Below are positions 28,175 to 38,311 of a stretch of DNA of 49,123 nucleotides, piece by piece. The position numbers and the translations under genes are program-made. The notes beneath the pieces are model-generated. The model was not told where the DNA came from. It searched no databases and saw only the letters and a program-made list of their open reading frames with translations. Every line of letters begins with the position of its first letter. Position 1 is the stretch's first letter. This stretch comes from an uncultured Acholeplasmataceae bacterium (GTDB taxonomy: Bacteria; Bacillota_I; Bacilli_A; Acholeplasmatales; Acholeplasmataceae): NCBI GenBank assembly GCA_963539535.1, contig CAUTMU010000001.1:1-49123 (forward strand). The letters are read 5' to 3'.

Positions 28175-28818
28175 TGATAATTATCTTAATGGGGCCTCCT
28201 GGTGGAGGTAAAGGCTCACAGGCCAAGGTTTTAAAAACCCACTACTCAATTCCCCACATTTCAACTGGGGATATGTTTAGAGAAAACATTAAAAACGAAA
28301 CTGTACTTGGCAAGAAAGTCAAAGCAATTCTTGCAGCCGGAGAACTAGTTCCGGATTCTTTGACAGACGAACTAGTTTTGGACCGCTTAAGTCAACCAGA
28401 TGCTAAAGGCGGGTTTATCTTAGACGGATACCCTCGCAATCTTGCTCAAGCCGTTGAACTTGACCGCATCCTTGCTAAACTAGGGTTTACAATTACTAAA
28501 GTTGTAAATATAGATGCGAACGATGAACTAATCGTAGCGCGCCTTGCTGGTCGCCGAGTTTGTCCTAAATGTGGAGAGACTTACCACATTCCAAACATGC
28601 CACCGCAAGTTGAAGGCAAATGCGACAAGTGCTCAGCAGAAATTGTTCAGCGAGCAGATGACCAAGAGTCAACAATTCGCGCAAGACTTTCGCTTTACCA
28701 CGAAAACTCCAAACCAATTGAACAGTTTTATCAAGACAAAGGTCTGTTTTGCACAGTTGATGGCAATGTTTCCATTGAACACACTAAAGCCCAAATTATT
28801 GAGGTTTTAGGTAAATAG
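28174..28818 (+). CDS. adk: Adenylate kinase (4-Cys zinc lid)
   Basis: P-loop GPPGGGKGSQ, lid CPKCGETYH...CDKC, DGYPR motif. Confidence 0.95.
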   Translation: MIIILMGPPGGGKGSQAKVLKTHYSIPHISTGDMFRENIKNETVLGKKVKAILAAGELVPDSLTDELVLDRLSQPDAKGGFILDGYPRNLAQAVELDRILAKLGFTITKVVNIDANDELIVARLAGRRVCPKCGETYHIPNMPPQVEGKCDKCSAEIVQRADDQESTIRARLSLYHENSKPIEQFYQDKGLFCTVDGNVSIEHTKAQIIEVLGK

Positions 28819-28820
28819 TT

Positions 28821-29573
28821 ATGATTACTATTAAAACCCCTGAACAACTTAGTAAAATGAAAGAATCCGGCAGGATTCTTTCAGAACTAAGAAAAGAACT
28901 AGAACAACACTTAAAACCAGGAGTATCCACACTTAAATTAGACGAAGTTGCGGCTAAGTTTTTAGCCGACCGCGGTGTTGTTTCTTCTTTTTTAAACTAC
29001 GAAGGCTACAAGCACTCAATTTGCGCGAGTGTCAATGACTGCGTAGTTCACGGCATTCCTTCTAAAGATGTAGTTTTAAAAGACGGCGATATTATTTCAC
29101 TGGACTTAGGTGTCCTTAAAGACGGTTGGCATGCAGATTCTGCTTGGACTTACGAAATTGGCGAAGTCACACAAGAAGTAAAATACTTAGTGGAAAGAAC
29201 TAAAGAAGCCTTGATGCAAGGACTTTCTGTGGTAAAACCAGGTAACTTTATTACAGATATCGGCAAAGCCATTGAAAACTATTTAAAACCGTTTAAATAC
29301 GGTATAGTTCGTGAGTTTTGTGGCCACGGAATTGGCGAAAAACTACACGAAGATCCATACATTTTTCACTTCAACCAACACATGAAGCACACCGAAATTA
29401 AAGAAGGCATGACAATTTGCGTTGAACCTATGGTAAATCTTGGTTCACACAAAGTAAAAATACAAAAAGACGGTTGGACAACTGTCACTAAAGACCACAA
29501 ACCCGCTGCCCACTTTGAGTATACAGTTTACGTCACAAAAGACGGATATGAGATACTCACTCCCAAAATTTAA
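28821..29573 (+). CDS. map: Methionine aminopeptidase, type I
   Basis: Metal-ligand context DIISLDLG...DSAWTY...GHGIG...EPM. Canonical position after adk. Confidence 0.9.
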   Translation: MITIKTPEQLSKMKESGRILSELRKELEQHLKPGVSTLKLDEVAAKFLADRGVVSSFLNYEGYKHSICASVNDCVVHGIPSKDVVLKDGDIISLDLGVLKDGWHADSAWTYEIGEVTQEVKYLVERTKEALMQGLSVVKPGNFITDIGKAIENYLKPFKYGIVREFCGHGIGEKLHEDPYIFHFNQHMKHTEIKEGMTICVEPMVNLGSHKVKIQKDGWTTVTKDHKPAAHFEYTVYVTKDGYEILTPKI

Positions 29574-29590
29574 ATAAAAGGTACTAAACT

Positions 29591-29806
29591 ATGCGAAAAG
29601 AACAAATTGAAATTGATGCTGTCATTGTTGAAGTACTACCTAGTGCTGTGTTTTTATGCAGACTAGAAAGTGGACACGAGATTAAGGCCCGAGTATCTGG
29701 TAAAATCCGCATGAATAACATACGCATTTTACCTGGCGATAAAGTAACTTTAGAATTATCACCATATGATTTAACTCAAGGCCGCATTATTTATCGCAAA
29801 AAATAA
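29591..29806 (+). CDS. infA: Translation initiation factor IF-1
   Basis: 71-aa S1-like protein, ...[30 protein letters not shown]. Confidence 0.95.
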   Translation: MRKEQIEIDAVIVEVLPSAVFLCRLESGHEIKARVSGKIRMNNIRILPGDKVTLELSPYDLTQGRIIYRKK

Positions 29807-29815
29807 GGAGGACTT

Positions 29816-29929
29816 ATGAAAGTCAGATCATCAGTTAAGCCAATGTGCGATAGCTGCAAAGTTATTAAAAGAAAAGGTTATGTGCGTGTAATTTGCGAAA
29901 ACCCACGCCATAAACAAAGACAAGGATAG
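29816..29929 (+). CDS. rpmJ: 50S ribosomal protein L36 (37 aa, Cys3His zinc type; below the ORF-track cut-off)
   Basis: Hand translation gives [46 protein letters not shown] upstream. Confidence 0.9.
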   Translation: MKVRSSVKPMCDSCKVIKRKGYVRVICENPRHKQRQG

Positions 29930-29940
29930 GAGATTAAAAT

Positions 29941-30306
29941 ATGGCCAGAATCGCTGGGGTAGATATCCCTTCAAACAAAAGAGTAGTAATTTCACTTACC
30001 TACATTTACGGTATTGGGGTTAAACTTGCTCAAAAAATTCTTCAAGACGCCGGAATCTCTGAAGACGTGCGTGTTAAAGATTTAAACGACGACGATCTTT
30101 CAAAAATTCGTAAAGAAGTAGCAAAATACACAGTTGAAGGTGACCTTCGTCGTGATGTTAACCTAAACATTAAACGTTTAATGGAAATCGGTTCATATCG
30201 TGGCATTCGCCACCGTAAACAACTGCCAGTGCGTGGACAAAACACTAGAAACAACGCCCGCACTCGCAAAGGCAAAGCAAAAGCGATTGCCAACAAAAAG
30301 AAATAG
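29941..30306 (+). CDS. rpsM: 30S ribosomal protein S13
   Basis: [24 protein letters not shown] signature. Confidence 0.95.
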   Translation: MARIAGVDIPSNKRVVISLTYIYGIGVKLAQKILQDAGISEDVRVKDLNDDDLSKIRKEVAKYTVEGDLRRDVNLNIKRLMEIGSYRGIRHRKQLPVRGQNTRNNARTRKGKAKAIANKKK

Positions 30307-30319
30307 GGAGGAATGAACA

Positions 30320-30706
30320 ATGGCTAAAAAAGTAAGCACACGTCGCAAAGCACGTAAAAACATACCTCTTGGCAAAGCATACATTCACACAACATTTAAC
30401 AACACAATTGTAACAATCACTGACCTTGATGGCAACGCCATCGCTTGGTCTTCAGCCGGAGCACAAGGCTTTAAAGGTACTCGTAAATCAACAGCCTTTG
30501 CTGCTCAAATCACCGCAGAAGCCGCTGCAAAAGCCGCTATGGAAAACGGTATGATCAAAGTAGAGGTTTCTGTAAAAGGACCTGGACCAGGCCGTGAGTC
30601 TGCTATTCGTTCACTGCAAGTTGCTGGTCTTGAAATTGTTTCAATTGAAGACAACACACCAGTTCCACACAACGGTTGCCGCCCACCTAAGCGTCCACGC
30701 GGCTAG
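30320..30706 (+). CDS. rpsK: 30S ribosomal protein S11
   Basis: [15 protein letters not shown]...WSSAG..GFKG.RKST.FAAQ signature. Confidence 0.95.
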   Translation: MAKKVSTRRKARKNIPLGKAYIHTTFNNTIVTITDLDGNAIAWSSAGAQGFKGTRKSTAFAAQITAEAAAKAAMENGMIKVEVSVKGPGPGRESAIRSLQVAGLEIVSIEDNTPVPHNGCRPPKRPRG

Positions 30707-30714
30707 GAGGAAGT

Positions 30715-31725
30715 ATGCGTAATTTAAAATTTGAAAAACCAAACGCAATTTCCGTAATTTCTGCAGACAAAACAACTGCAAAATTTTCAATTAAACCACT
30801 TGACCGAGGATATGGTATCACAATCGGAAACGCTCTTCGACGCGTTCTGCTTGCCTCAATTCCGGGAGCAGCCTTAATTAACGTAGAAATTAAAGGTGTG
30901 CCACATGAATTTTCAACAATCCCCGGTGTTAAAGAAGGAGTTGTTGAAATCGTTTTAAACTTAAAAGATGCTATCTTTAAACTAGATTCAGTTGAACCTG
31001 GTTTTCGCGCAGAAGTTTCTTTAAACGACGTTGACAAAGAAATCATTACACTTGGTGACTTACAAGTGCCAGCCGGTGTTGAAGTTGTCAATCCAGATCA
31101 CGTAATTTGTCATTTAAATAAGGGAACCAGCATCTCTCTTACCGCAACTCTGGCAACTGGTGCTGGCTACGTTACTCAAAACGACAATAAAGCGTATCTT
31201 GACCACATTGGCCAAATTGCGCTAGACTCAATTTTTACCCCAGTTAAGCGCGTTAACTTTAACGTTGAAAAACTACAAGGTGGGTATGACGAGTTAATTT
31301 TAGAAGTTGAAACTAATGGCGCAATTGACGCTAAAGACGCAGTTTCTGAAGCCGCTTCTATGCTAAGTGAGTTATTTGGTGCAGTTCGCCAAATTTCTGA
31401 AAACGCAGAACAATTCCAAGACTACATTGCAGAGGAAGCCGAAACTACTGCACAAGCAGTTGACAAAAACCTATCAATTGACAGACTAGATTTATCTGTT
31501 CGTCTATATAACGCGCTTTCTCGCGAAGGCATCAAAACAATTGATCAACTACTTGACATGACAGACCAAGAAATTAAAAGCATCCGCAACCTTGGGCAAA
31601 ACTCATTCATTGAACTGCAAAACAAATTGGCTGAGTTTAAAGACAGTACAATTACTAAAAAAACAGTTGATGATGACGATGCTTTAATTAAAGAAATTTT
31701 TGACGATATTGAGGAGGGACTATAA
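30715..31725 (+). CDS. rpoA: DNA-directed RNA polymerase subunit alpha
   Basis: GYGITIGNALRRVLLASIPGAA N-terminal domain and LSVRLYNALSREGIKTI C-terminal domain HhH. No rpsD between rpsK and rpoA, as in Firmicutes. Confidence 0.95.
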   Translation: MRNLKFEKPNAISVISADKTTAKFSIKPLDRGYGITIGNALRRVLLASIPGAALINVEIKGVPHEFSTIPGVKEGVVEIVLNLKDAIFKLDSVEPGFRAEVSLNDVDKEIITLGDLQVPAGVEVVNPDHVICHLNKGTSISLTATLATGAGYVTQNDNKAYLDHIGQIALDSIFTPVKRVNFNVEKLQGGYDELILEVETNGAIDAKDAVSEAASMLSELFGAVRQISENAEQFQDYIAEEAETTAQAVDKNLSIDRLDLSVRLYNALSREGIKTIDQLLDMTDQEIKSIRNLGQNSFIELQNKLAEFKDSTITKKTVDDDDALIKEIFDDIEEGL

Positions 31726-31727
31726 TA

Positions 31728-32084
31728 ATGAGATCAAAACTATCTAGAAACTCAGCTGCCCTAAGAGCAGTACTTAGAGACTTAGCTACAGCACTAATCG
31801 TTAAAGAAAGAATTATTACTACTCACTCTAAGGCCAAAGAAACTCAAAAAATGGTAGAAAAACTAATTACCCTTGGCAAAAAAGGTGATATTAACGCAAG
31901 ACGCCTTGCCCGTACTTACCTTAGAGATGTAGAGACTGACACTAAAGGCGAAACTGTATTAAGTAAATTATTTCAAGCAGTTGCTCCACGTTTTAAAGAC
32001 AGAAACGGCGGATACACAAGAATTATTAAAACAGTTGGCCGCAAAGGCGACAACGCTCCAATGTCAATTCTTGAGTTTGTATAA
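31728..32084 (+). CDS. rplQ: 50S ribosomal protein L17
   Basis: L.R.S..R.A.LR.L...L...E.I.TT..KAKE...GGYTRI signature. Last gene of the alpha operon. Confidence 0.9.
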   Translation: MRSKLSRNSAALRAVLRDLATALIVKERIITTHSKAKETQKMVEKLITLGKKGDINARRLARTYLRDVETDTKGETVLSKLFQAVAPRFKDRNGGYTRIIKTVGRKGDNAPMSILEFV

Positions 32085-32120
32085 TCACTTTATTAAAATA
32101 ATTTAATCGCAAACACAATT

Positions 32121-32157
32121 GAGAACGACACTTTTTAAAAAAGTGTAGTTCTCTTTT
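32121..32157 (+). terminator. Rho-independent terminator of the ribosomal protein super-operon
   Basis: 16-bp stem GAGAACGACACTTTTT/AAAAAGTGTAGTTCTC (one mismatch) followed by TTTT. Confidence 0.8.
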
Positions 32158-32183
32158 GCACTTATTTTAGGAGAAATTTATTT

Positions 32184-33581
32184 ATGAAATTAGTAAAAGA
32201 AACTAAATCAGAAGTTAAAGTTGCTTTAGTTAAAGCCAGCACTAAATGTGTTCTTTTAAAAGAACTTGCAGAAAAAAGAGGATTCAAAGCACAAGCCGGT
32301 GAAATTCTGGATTTACTTAGCTTAGAAAACACAGGCACAGTTTATCTAGGACTAGGTGACAGAACTCATGAAGACCTTCGTTTAGCTGGTTTTAAATTAG
32401 TTAAGTTCCTTGAAGCCAGAAAAATCAATAGCGTTAACTTAGACTTCGCTCACGTAAAAACTCTAGACACAATTTACTTAGTTGAAGGTTTTTATCACGG
32501 AATTTACCTATACAACCGCTATAGAGCCGACAAAACTCAGTTCTTGCCAGAAATCGGGCTTGGTGAGTTTGCAGATGAAAAAGAAGCGCTACTTGAACTT
32601 AAAAACCTAGCAGACTCAATTTTTCTTTGCCGTGATTTAATTAACACTCCAGCAAATGACCTATACCCTGCTAACTACGCTGAGTTAATTAAAGAAACTT
32701 TTAAACCTTTTAAAGATGTGGAAGTTACTGTTTTTGACAAAAAACAAATGCAAGAACACAAACTGTTTGCAGCACTTGCAGTTGGTAGTGGTTCTGACAA
32801 CGACCCAAGATTTGTGGTAATTAAATACCAACCAAACAAAGCAGACGATGAATTCCTTTCTTTTGTTGGAAAAGGTATAACTTACGATAGTGGAGGATAC
32901 GCTTTAAAAATTCCTTACACTAACATGCTGACAATGAAAACAGATATGTCAGGGTCTGCCGCTGTAGTTTCGGCAATTTTAGCTCTTGCTAAAAACAAAG
33001 TTAAACAAAACGTATGCGGCGTAATGTCACTTTGTGAAAACGCAGTGTCTGGACACGCTTATAAAAACGGAGACGTTTTTAAAACTCACAAAGACGGAGT
33101 TACTATTCAAGTTGACAACACAGATGCAGAAGGCCGTGTGTCTATGGCCGACTCTATCCACTGGGCTGCCACTGAAGTTAAGTCAAAATCAATCGTTGAG
33201 TTTTCAACTCTAACTGGTGCTTGCATCGTTTCACTTGGAACTGATATTTCTGGATGTGTTTCTTATCACCCAGAGCTTACTCAAAAAGTAATTGAAGCAG
33301 GTGAAGAGGCAGGTGAAAGAATTTGGCAATTCCCAATTTCTAAAAAACACGAAGAAGCGGTTAAAGGAACATTTGGTACAATTAAAAATGTTTGTTCAGG
33401 TGGAGCCGGTTCAATTACTGCCGGAATTTTCCTAACTTATTTTTCTGAAAAAGTTCCGTATGTTCACGTAGACATCGCCGGAACTGCTTACAACCCACCA
33501 TACCTTTACTACGCAGATGGAGCAAGCGGAGTTGGCGTTAGAACAATTTACAACTTCGTTAAAAACTCACTTAAAAAATAA
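32184..33581 (+). CDS. pepA: Leucyl aminopeptidase (M17 family)
   Basis: NTDAEGR motif (VDNTDAEGRVSMAD), GKGITYDSGGY, and the typical C-terminal catalytic domain. Confidence 0.9.
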   Translation: MKLVKETKSEVKVALVKASTKCVLLKELAEKRGFKAQAGEILDLLSLENTGTVYLGLGDRTHEDLRLAGFKLVKFLEARKINSVNLDFAHVKTLDTIYLVEGFYHGIYLYNRYRADKTQFLPEIGLGEFADEKEALLELKNLADSIFLCRDLINTPANDLYPANYAELIKETFKPFKDVEVTVFDKKQMQEHKLFAALAVGSGSDNDPRFVVIKYQPNKADDEFLSFVGKGITYDSGGYALKIPYTNMLTMKTDMSGSAAVVSAILALAKNKVKQNVCGVMSLCENAVSGHAYKNGDVFKTHKDGVTIQVDNTDAEGRVSMADSIHWAATEVKSKSIVEFSTLTGACIVSLGTDISGCVSYHPELTQKVIEAGEEAGERIWQFPISKKHEEAVKGTFGTIKNVCSGGAGSITAGIFLTYFSEKVPYVHVDIAGTAYNPPYLYYADGASGVGVRTIYNFVKNSLKK

Positions 33582-33640
33582 ACTTTTCATACAAATTAAA
33601 CCCCTTTAAGATGGCTAAAATAAGCCATTTTAAGGGAAAT

Positions 33641-33670
33641 AAAAAAGGAACACTGATGTGTTCCTTTTTT
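33641..33670. terminator. Bidirectional terminator between convergent pepA and rpmB
   Basis: A6-GGAACAC-loop-GTGTTCC-T6. An additional 14-bp hairpin lies at 33603-33636. Confidence 0.75.
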
Positions 33671-33686
33671 GATATGTTTATTTTAA

Positions 33687-33875
33687 TTATCGTTCTTGTT
33701 TTCTCAAAGTGCGAAGAGCTCTTGCTGAAACCATAACTTTGTGAGTGTGACCTGCTTCGTCAGTAAATTTCACTGGTTGCAAGTTTAAGTTCCAGACTCT
33801 GCGAGTCGCACGAAGAGAGTGTGATCGATTATTTCCGGCAAGTTGTTTTCTGCCGCTAATAGCGCATATTCCCAT
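33687..33875 (-). CDS. rpmB: 50S ribosomal protein L28
   Basis: MGICAISGRKQLAGNNRSHS...N.Q signature. Start taken at the ATG preceded by AAGAGGAG rather than the longer ORF-track start at 33908. Confidence 0.9.
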   Translation of the reverse strand: MGICAISGRKQLAGNNRSHSLRATRRVWNLNLQPVKFTDEAGHTHKVMVSARALRTLRKQER

Positions 33876-33958
33876 GTTTATAAATCTCCTCTTAAAATAT
33901 TTTAGCATAATCAGGGTTTTTCCGCAATTTTAAACTTTTTGTATGTTAAACTTTAAGT

Positions 33959-34639
33959 ATGGAAAAGATAAAAGTTTTAATCACTGGAAGTTCAAGCGGA
34001 ATCGGTAAAGCCGCTGCTGAAATTTTTTTAAAGAACGATTTTTTAGTATACGGAATTGACCAAAACGCAGCGACTATTGAAGATAAAAACTACCAACACT
34101 TTAAAGTATCTGTAACTGATTTTAATAAATTACCTGACTTAAAAAATATCTCATATATTTTAAACAACGCAGGGACAATGGATGAGCAAAAATCCTTGGA
34201 AACCAACTTACAAGGCTATATTAACATTATCAATAAATATGAAAGTAAGGATTTGAAAGCCGTTTTAAACATTGCTTCAACCGCTGGCCATCACGGGTAT
34301 GGCAAACCTTTGCACGCTGCAGCTCAAGCCGCTCGCATCAACTACACTAAACATCTTGCCAAAACTCTTGGCGAAAAATACCAGACTTTGGTTAACTCAC
34401 TGAGCCCGGGTCCAGTTCAGACCAATTTAGAACCAGATTTGTACAAAGACAAAGTAGCAATGTCAGCGGTTGCAAACCAAAATATCTTAAAACGTTGGAT
34501 TTCTCCAACTGAAATCGCTGAGTGGGTTTTCTTTATTTTAACTAAAAACACCTGCGCAACAGGGCAAGACATAATTCTGGATTTAGGTGAATGTATTAAC
34601 CTAAATTTTATCTCGCCAACCCCACCTAGCCAAAAATAG
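33959..34639 (+). CDS. Short-chain dehydrogenase/reductase (SDR) family protein with a non-canonical active-site motif
   Basis: Rossmann motif ITGSSSGIGKA and NNAG. The YxxxK position reads HAAAQ (see findings). Confidence 0.75.
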   Translation: MEKIKVLITGSSSGIGKAAAEIFLKNDFLVYGIDQNAATIEDKNYQHFKVSVTDFNKLPDLKNISYILNNAGTMDEQKSLETNLQGYINIINKYESKDLKAVLNIASTAGHHGYGKPLHAAAQAARINYTKHLAKTLGEKYQTLVNSLSPGPVQTNLEPDLYKDKVAMSAVANQNILKRWISPTEIAEWVFFILTKNTCATGQDIILDLGECINLNFISPTPPSQK

Positions 34640-34692
34640 CCCTATATAATATAAAGAGATTTAAGGTATAATAAAGGTACTGAGGTTTATTG

Positions 34693-36348
34693 ATGGAACA
34701 CAAAACAATAACAAGCGAATTTTTTACCAAAATGCTGATAAATGGAGCTGCTAACTTAAGGCTCCACATTGACGAAATTAATAACTTAAATGTCTTTCCA
34801 ATTCCAGACGGCGACACTGGAACTAATATGCACTTAACTATCAACGCTGGTGCTAACAAAATTAAAATCTTAGATTTTCAAACCAAAACTATTGCAGAAA
34901 TCGCAAAAGTTTTCTCACACGAACTAGTAGTTGCAGCGCATGGCAACTCGGGTGTCATTCTTTCTCAGTTTTTCCGTGGATTTGCGAAAGAACTTGGAAA
35001 AGTTGACAGCCAAGAACTCACAGTTGTTCAACTAATTGATGCCTTAATTTCTGGCTACAAGGTAGCCTACAGCGGTGTAGTTCAACCAATTGAAGGAACA
35101 ATTTTAACCGTACTTCGCGAAGCTGGTGAACATTTACGTTTAAAACGCGGCAAACTAATTACTTTTGAAGACGCACTAACCACTTATTTTAATCAGGCTA
35201 AAATTACCTTGCAGAAAACCCCTACTCTTTTGCCTGTCTTAAAAGAAGCCAATGTTGTAGACAGTGGTGGCGCTGGTTTTGTTAAAATCGTTGAAGGCTT
35301 TGTGCACTTTATTAACGGCAAAGTTATAAAGGAAGCAACTAAAACTACAGCTAAGTCATTTGTTTTAAACTCAGAGCAAAGCACGGCTTACGACCACGTA
35401 ATTGGCGAAATTAAGTTTAAGTTTTGTACTGAGTTTGTCTTGATTTTAGATAGACCAGAACAATTTTCAAAAGAAAAATTTATCAAAGAAATTAAAGACT
35501 TTGGCGACTCTATGGTGGTTATTCACGACGAAGAACTCCTAAAAGTTCACATCCACACCAACCAACCACTTAACTTACTTAAAAACGCCGAGCAACTAGG
35601 CGAAACTAGGTCTATTAAAGTAGACAACATGAAACTGCAAAACGAAGAGGCGGTGGCTGCGCAAAAACCAGCAGACAAAACTCCTGAAAAAGAATACGGG
35701 CTAATCGCTGTTGCAAACGGTGACGGAGTTCGCCAATACTTACTTGAACACGGAGTTGACTATATAGTTGCCGGTGGCCAAACAATGAATCCATCTACTC
35801 AAGACTTTATTGAAGCAGTTGATAAAGTCAACGCCAAAAACATTATCATCATTCCAAATAACTCAAATATCATCATGTCGGCAGAACAAACTGCTAACTT
35901 AGTTAAAGATCGCAATATCGCGGTAATTAAGACTAAAAATCTAGGTCAAGGAGTTACTGCACTTTCTGTCTTTGACCATAGTGCTGACTTTAAGACCAAC
36001 ATTGACAACATGCAAGAAATTGCACAAGCCGCTCAAACTGGCGAAATTACTTACGCAATTCGCGACACCAAACAAAACGGTATAGATATCAGAAAAGGAC
36101 ATTATCTTGGAATTTCTGAAGGTGCTATAACTTGTTCTGTTGAAAATATTTTTGATGCAACGCGTTGTCTGCTTTCCCAAATTCTTTCAAAAGAAAACGA
36201 AGTTGTCACCCTATTTTATGGCAAGGCTGTGTCTGACGAAGAGGCTAAAGAAATTGAGGAGTACATCCAAACACTTTGTCCATACGCCGAGGTTAATTTA
36301 GTTAACGGGATGCAAGAAATTTATTTATTTATAGTTTCAGCACTTTGA
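34693..36348 (+). CDS. DAK2 domain-containing protein, YloV-like
   Basis: N-terminal DAK2 motif INNLNVFPIPDGDTGTNM and a C-terminal DegV/YloV-like domain. Divergent neighbourhood with rpmB as in Bacillus. ATG 34693 is 7 nt after GAGG. TGA stop. Confidence 0.8.
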   Translation: MEHKTITSEFFTKMLINGAANLRLHIDEINNLNVFPIPDGDTGTNMHLTINAGANKIKILDFQTKTIAEIAKVFSHELVVAAHGNSGVILSQFFRGFAKELGKVDSQELTVVQLIDALISGYKVAYSGVVQPIEGTILTVLREAGEHLRLKRGKLITFEDALTTYFNQAKITLQKTPTLLPVLKEANVVDSGGAGFVKIVEGFVHFINGKVIKEATKTTAKSFVLNSEQSTAYDHVIGEIKFKFCTEFVLILDRPEQFSKEKFIKEIKDFGDSMVVIHDEELLKVHIHTNQPLNLLKNAEQLGETRSIKVDNMKLQNEEAVAAQKPADKTPEKEYGLIAVANGDGVRQYLLEHGVDYIVAGGQTMNPSTQDFIEAVDKVNAKNIIIIPNNSNIIMSAEQTANLVKDRNIAVIKTKNLGQGVTALSVFDHSADFKTNIDNMQEIAQAAQTGEITYAIRDTKQNGIDIRKGHYLGISEGAITCSVENIFDATRCLLSQILSKENEVVTLFYGKAVSDEEAKEIEEYIQTLCPYAEVNLVNGMQEIYLFIVSAL

Positions 36349-36392
36349 AAAACAGGTTTAAAAAATAGTATAATAATCATTAGAGGTATTGA

Positions 36393-37334
36393 ATGAAGAC
36401 GATTAAAGAACTTTTAAAAAAACACAACCGCATTATTATTCACAGACACTCCAAACCAGATATGGACGCAATTGGCTCACAAATGGGCTTAATGCACATA
36501 ATTAAAGAAAACTTTCCAGAAAAAGAAGTCTACGTAGTAGGTGATCACAACAAATTTGACTACGAAAACGCCATGAACGAAATTCCTGACAGTTTTTACA
36601 AAGACTCGCTAGTTTTTATTACAGACGTCGCAGTTTCTTACATGATTTCAGATAACCGCTATTTGTTTGCCAAAGACGTGGTAATTATTGACCACCACGA
36701 AAACAAATCAGATGTAGCAGGAGCACACGTTTATTCTGACCCAACTTACGAGGCCGCGGCTGCTTACGTTTACGATATTGCCAAAAAACTTAAACTAAAA
36801 ATCCCAGCAATAGCGGCTGACTACTTGCTAAACGGAATAATTACCGACAGCGGGCGCTTTCAGTATTTAACTAACGCACCGCGTTTATTTCAAATCGCTG
36901 CGGAACTTACAGCACTAGGTGCAGACCCGCTTAAGTTCTACAAGTGGTTGTATGTAGAAACTCTAGAAGAGCGTCAAACTAAAGCGAAGTTTGCTACTCG
37001 CATGCAAATTGAGGGCTCAGTTGCTTACTTTTTTAACACCAAAGAGTTTTTAGAGTCACTTGGCACTTACGATTTCTTTTCAATTAGCCGCGGTATGGTT
37101 AACTTACTTGCTGGAATTAAAGAAATTCCAATTTGGGCTAACTTCACGTATTCCGCTGAGCAAGACAAAGTAATTTGCGAATTGCGTAGCCGTGAAATTG
37201 AAGTTGTGCATATTGCCAAGAAATACGGTGGCGGTGGACATGCACTGGCTTGCGGCGCAACCCTTGATAACTTTGAAGTGGCAAAAGCCATGATTAAAGA
37301 TTTAAACGAACTAATTTTACAAAATCAAAAATAA
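36393..37334 (+). CDS. DHH/DHHA1 family phosphoesterase (NrnA-like), copy 1
   Basis: Motifs HSKPDMDAIGS, IIDHHEN and GGGHALACGA. Confidence 0.85.
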   Translation: MKTIKELLKKHNRIIIHRHSKPDMDAIGSQMGLMHIIKENFPEKEVYVVGDHNKFDYENAMNEIPDSFYKDSLVFITDVAVSYMISDNRYLFAKDVVIIDHHENKSDVAGAHVYSDPTYEAAAAYVYDIAKKLKLKIPAIAADYLLNGIITDSGRFQYLTNAPRLFQIAAELTALGADPLKFYKWLYVETLEERQTKAKFATRMQIEGSVAYFFNTKEFLESLGTYDFFSISRGMVNLLAGIKEIPIWANFTYSAEQDKVICELRSREIEVVHIAKKYGGGGHALACGATLDNFEVAKAMIKDLNELILQNQK

Positions 37335-37352
37335 ATAATAAAGGAGCATAAA

Positions 37353-38309
37353 ATGGACATTAGTTTAATTTTAAAAAAAATCAAAGAATACGACATTATT
37401 ACAATCTACTCACATAAAAGACCAGACGGAGACTGCATAGGCTCATCACTTGGTCTTAAAAACATCATTGAGACAACTTTTCCCAAAAAACAAGTATACT
37501 CACTGGGCGACCACACACCATATTTGCGTTTCCTTGGAGAACTTGACACACTTGACGACGAAACTATTAAAAAATCTTTAGCGATAGTTGTAGACACTGC
37601 TACTCAAGAGCGAGTTGCAGACCAACGCTTTAAATTGGCTAAAGAAATTATTAAAATTGACCACCACATTGTAATGGATCAATACGGCGACATTAACTGG
37701 GTGCACGAAGAAGCACCAGCGGCTTGTCAAATGATTACTTATTTTCTGTATAAGTTCAGAGACCAACTACTTATCACTAAACAAGGCGCGCAAGCACTAT
37801 ATGCTGGTTTAGTTACGGATTCTGGAGGATTTAGATACCGCGGAGTTACCGAAACTACTTTTCAAATGGCGGCTTTCTTAGTTTCTAAAGGCGCTGACCT
37901 TGAATACGTAGACCGTGAACTTTCTAAAACTACTTTTGCACAACTTAAATACAAAGGCTATCTGCTTTCTAACATCAAACGCTCAAAAAACGGCGTGGTT
38001 TACTTCCTTGCAACTCGTGACATTCAAAAGAAATTTAACTTAACTCAAGAAGACACAGCAGCGGCCATTAACGCCATGGCTGGCATTGAAGGCTGCCCTG
38101 TTTGGGTGCTATTTATTGAACTTGAAAACTCAGTTCGCGTTAGAGTTCGTTCAAACCAAGTAGAAATTGCTTCAGTTTGCAACAAATTCCCTCCAGGAGG
38201 CGGACACGATTTTGCCGCTGGCTGCCACCTGGATAAAATGAAACAACACACAAAAGTAATTGACGCCCTTGACGCCAGAATTGTGGAAGTTTTAAAGAAA
38301 AATAACTAA
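37353..38309 (+). CDS. DHH/DHHA1 family phosphoesterase (NrnA-like), copy 2
   Basis: Motifs HKRPDGDCIGS, KIDHHIV and GGGHDFAAGC. Confidence 0.85.
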   Translation: MDISLILKKIKEYDIITIYSHKRPDGDCIGSSLGLKNIIETTFPKKQVYSLGDHTPYLRFLGELDTLDDETIKKSLAIVVDTATQERVADQRFKLAKEIIKIDHHIVMDQYGDINWVHEEAPAACQMITYFLYKFRDQLLITKQGAQALYAGLVTDSGGFRYRGVTETTFQMAAFLVSKGADLEYVDRELSKTTFAQLKYKGYLLSNIKRSKNGVVYFLATRDIQKKFNLTQEDTAAAINAMAGIEGCPVWVLFIELENSVRVRVRSNQVEIASVCNKFPPGGGHDFAAGCHLDKMKQHTKVIDALDARIVEVLKKNN

Positions 38310-38311
38310 CA

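Noticed and set aside
30687-31091. 134-aa minus-strand ORF, plus many similar 60-130-aa antisense ORFs (for example 3436-3765, 4801-5139, 7418-7690, 13583-13879, 22360-22662, 39320-39718, 40400-40675, 40991-41338).
   Set aside because: All are embedded antisense, or out of frame, within strongly supported conserved genes. They lack ribosome-binding sites and have no recognisable motifs. They are typical shadow ORFs.
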